A stretch of DNA of 63,796 bases, counting the filler, from an uncultured bacterium (GTDB lineage Bacteria; CAZDME01; JAYEMH01), in the NCBI GenBank assembly GCA_964506785.1. It is 5 parts of 5 records of this genome, joined end to end, with 100 filler letters (N's around TTAATTAATTAA, not from the genome) between each part and the next. Parts side by side here need not be neighbours in the genome. Positions count along the whole stretch, not along the records: positions 55,429 to 63,796 come from CAZDME010000056.1; 4 more parts are not named here. The stretch is one strand, 5' to 3'. Within the stretch, counting starts at the first letter, position 1, and each line of letters opens with the position of its first letter. Under the pieces are notes generated by a model, which was not told the DNA's origin, made no database searches, and was given only the letters and a program-made list of their open reading frames with translations. Positions 61,493 to 63,796 of this stretch are shown piece after piece. The position numbers and the translations under genes were made by a program.

Positions 61493-63343
61493 TCAGCTAT
61501 AAATAATCTCTTTGATTTTTTTCCAGATATTTTTTATATTTTCCGTCAAAGATGTGTCAGCATATTCCACTACAGATATTTTTCGCATTTGCGCCTCGGT
61601 AACCTCTTTGCCGTAAGGCACGGTTCCTATGAATTCGGAATTATGTTTCTCCGCCAACTTTTGTATCCTGCTGGTCCAGTTCTGGTTTAAATCCGATTTA
61701 TTTACTATTACACCCGATTTGACTCCAAAATGATTTATCACTTTCAATACCCGTTCTAAATCATGCGCCCCCGAAATGGTAGGTTCGGTAACCGCCAGGG
61801 CGTAGTCTGCGCCTGTAATAGAAGATATCACGGGGCATCCTGTTCCGGGAGCGCCATCCATGATCGCCTTACCCAGGTTGGCTTCTTTAGCAAGTATTGT
61901 TGCTTTATCCCGAACTAAGGTAACCAGTCTTCCGGAGTTTTCTTCGGCTACGCCTAATTTCGCGTGGCTCATTGGCCCGAAACGCGTATCAGACATAAAC
62001 CATTCGCCGTTTACAGCAGGCTTGGTTTTTACCGCATCGTACTTGCACACCAGTTCACATACCCCGCACCCCTCACACGCCAATTTATCAATCGCGTAAC
62101 AAAGCTTGCCTTTTTTCTCATATTTATCAATAGCGGAAAAATGACAGGCCTCTCTGCATTTTCCGCATTGAACGCACACATCCTGATTTATATCTGCTTC
62201 TACCCCTCCGCTAAAAAATCCTTTTGTCTTTACCTCAGGCGATAAAACCAGGTGCAAATCCGCCGCGTCTACATCACAATCAGAAATTACAACCCTCTTG
62301 GCCAAGGCAACAAAGCTTGCAGTCAACGATGTCTTACCGGTTCCGCCTTTTCCGCTTATAACTACTAATTCTTTGGGCTTCTTGCCGGTATTTGTGCCAT
62401 ATTTTTTAGATTTTTCAGGTATACTCCCCGCCGGCCTTTTTTTGCTTTTAACCGTTTTCGGCGGTTTTCTTTTTTGTTTGGCTAAAAGCAATACCTTTTC
62501 TCCCAGCTTGTCAAATATGGCTTTTATATACGGAAATTTCTCTACCGCCAATTCTCCGCGGGAGTAACTTTCAGCTATTTTGCGTTCATCGGGAATCTCC
62601 CCGATGATATCCAATTGCGCCGCCCGGCAATATTCTTTTAAAGAGGCGTCTTTATATTCTGCCCTGTTTACCACTACCACGGGTTCCTGGCCTATTTCCC
62701 TCGCCATATCCACGGCAAGCTTTAAATCATTTATACCAAAGGGAGTGGGATCGGTAACCAGAATACACAAATCCACATTTTTCACCGTTTCTACAACAGG
62801 GCAACTTGTGCCGGGTGATGAATCCAAAACATTAACCCCTTCTCCGATATATTCTTTAACCTTTTTTACCAACCGCGGAGACATCCCTCCTTCGGCTGTT
62901 TCTAACAGCGCGTAATAAACCTTTATATCTGCGCTTAATCCTTCTTTTATCACACCGATTTTTCTTTCTTTCTCGATAATCGCGTCCACGGGACAGATAA
63001 TCGTGCACCCCCCGCATACATGGCACAATTCTTTGAATATAAGCACTTTCCCGCCTACAACCGCGATGGCGTTATAATTGCATATTTCCGCGCATTTGCC
63101 GCACACAATACACTTTTCTTTATCTGCCTCGGCAGGCCCGAGTAATACCGCGTCTTCTTCCTTTTTAATGACAGGGTTAAGAAATAGATGCCCGTTTGGT
63201 TCCTCTACATCACAATCCAAATAGCGGACTTGTTTTCCCTTTTCTGATAACACCTTTGCCAGATTAGTGGCTATAAAAGTTTTTCCCGTCCCGCCTTTCC
63301 CGCTGGAAACTGCGATCGACACCCTGTTTATATTTTCACTCAC
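61493..63343 (-). CDS. Fused tandem MinD-superfamily P-loop ATPase with ferredoxin inserts (two COG1149-like halves)
   Basis: SGKGGTGKT occurs twice; DCDVEEPN and DCDVDAADL; two [4Fe-4S] motif pairs; PGTSCP and PGTGCP. Confidence 0.92.
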   Translation of the reverse strand: MSENINRVSIAVSSGKGGTGKTFIATNLAKVLSEKGKQVRYLDCDVEEPNGHLFLNPVIKKEEDAVLLGPAEADKEKCIVCGKCAEICNYNAIAVVGGKVLIFKELCHVCGGCTIICPVDAIIEKERKIGVIKEGLSADIKVYYALLETAEGGMSPRLVKKVKEYIGEGVNVLDSSPGTSCPVVETVKNVDLCILVTDPTPFGINDLKLAVDMAREIGQEPVVVVNRAEYKDASLKEYCRAAQLDIIGEIPDERKIAESYSRGELAVEKFPYIKAIFDKLGEKVLLLAKQKRKPPKTVKSKKRPAGSIPEKSKKYGTNTGKKPKELVVISGKGGTGKTSLTASFVALAKRVVISDCDVDAADLHLVLSPEVKTKGFFSGGVEADINQDVCVQCGKCREACHFSAIDKYEKKGKLCYAIDKLACEGCGVCELVCKYDAVKTKPAVNGEWFMSDTRFGPMSHAKLGVAEENSGRLVTLVRDKATILAKEANLGKAIMDGAPGTGCPVISSITGADYALAVTEPTISGAHDLERVLKVINHFGVKSGVIVNKSDLNQNWTSRIQKLAEKHNSEFIGTVPYGKEVTEAQMRKISVVEYADTSLTENIKNIWKKIKEIIYS

Positions 63344-63403
63344 TATTTCACCCCTTTTTCCATAGAACCAAACATTTCTAAGCGATGATTCTTTGCCATT
63401 TTT

Positions 63404-63796
63404 TTATCCCCTTCCCTTATATTTTTCAACCCACTCACTTTTAACATTTACCCATGAATCGGCTTTCTTCGCATAATGGATACGTAAAGTAAAATCCCTG
63501 AAAATATCTGCGTCCACATAGAAACGGCTTAAGCCTTCAGGTTTTTCAAACGTTACAATATAATGCTTTGCGGCTCCGGAAGGAATCTTATAACTCATGG
63601 AACTTTCATCAACCAATCCAAGCTCATTTTCTACCCCGTCCTCTATATACATCGATATCTCTTCATTGGCTGAATATCGCCTATTGGGCGGTGAAACAAA
63701 AGTGTACGACGGCATAAGGTCTATACTGTATTCGTTGTTATTTCCATAATGGAAAACGAATACCAGATATTCCTTGGAAGAAAAAAATAAAGGTTT
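63404..63796 (-). CDS. Hypothetical protein, 5'-truncated by the window end
   Basis: Frame is open from 63796 through ATG 63715 to the stop at 63404. Confidence 0.6.
   Translation of the reverse strand, partial: KPLFFSSKEYLVFVFHYGNNNEYSIDLMPSYTFVSPPNRRYSANEEISMYIEDGVENELGLVDESSMSYKIPSGAAKHYIVTFEKPEGLSRFYVDADIFRDFTLRIHYAKKADSWVNVKSEWVEKYKGRG

Noticed and set aside
1-63796. tRNA, rRNA, integrase or transposase genes
   Set aside because: None recognised by eye; tRNAscan-SE and Infernal would be needed to exclude them formally.

Overview
The window is five assembly contigs joined by artificial 100-nt spacers (N-run + TTAATTAATTAA + N-run), so adjacency across the spacers means nothing. The content suggests a low-GC, anaerobic, diderm bacterium, probably Omnitrophota or a related PVC-associated candidate phylum (inferred from the dnaB-mlaEFD-radA-PIN/TRAM-ispDF order and the giant ORF). 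Contig 1 (1-13983): surface-glycan cluster (GT4, GT2, TagA/WecB, two O-antigen-ligase-family genes, deacetylase, WcaJ-like), a deleted four-helix-bundle gene between inverted hexamer arrays, a Pro/Thr-tailed secreted protein, and a reversed AbiEii-AbiEi pair with a palindromic operator. Contig 2 (14084-27950): CIRCE-hrcA-grpE-dnaK-dnaJ-mtaB, cvpA-NIF3-dnaG-rpoD, wzx. Contig 3 (28051-41646): one reading frame of more than 4500 codons, open at both ends. It carries sigma-70-like/HTH domains, a TM-IRAGP-HExxH-TM module, two GNAT-like domains, HAD, Leu/Glu dehydrogenase, ParB/SerK-like and LOG domains, plus RAGP/RAPP motifs resembling ribosome-arrest peptides. This is the best candidate for a novel system. 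Contig 4 (41747-55328): housekeeping genes from ychF and rpsF to valS. Contig 5 (55429-63796): anaerobe Fe-S/redox/metal cluster with a fused double COG1149-type ATPase, an orphan groES and a decayed radical SAM gene. All domain calls come from motif recognition by eye; no database searches were run.
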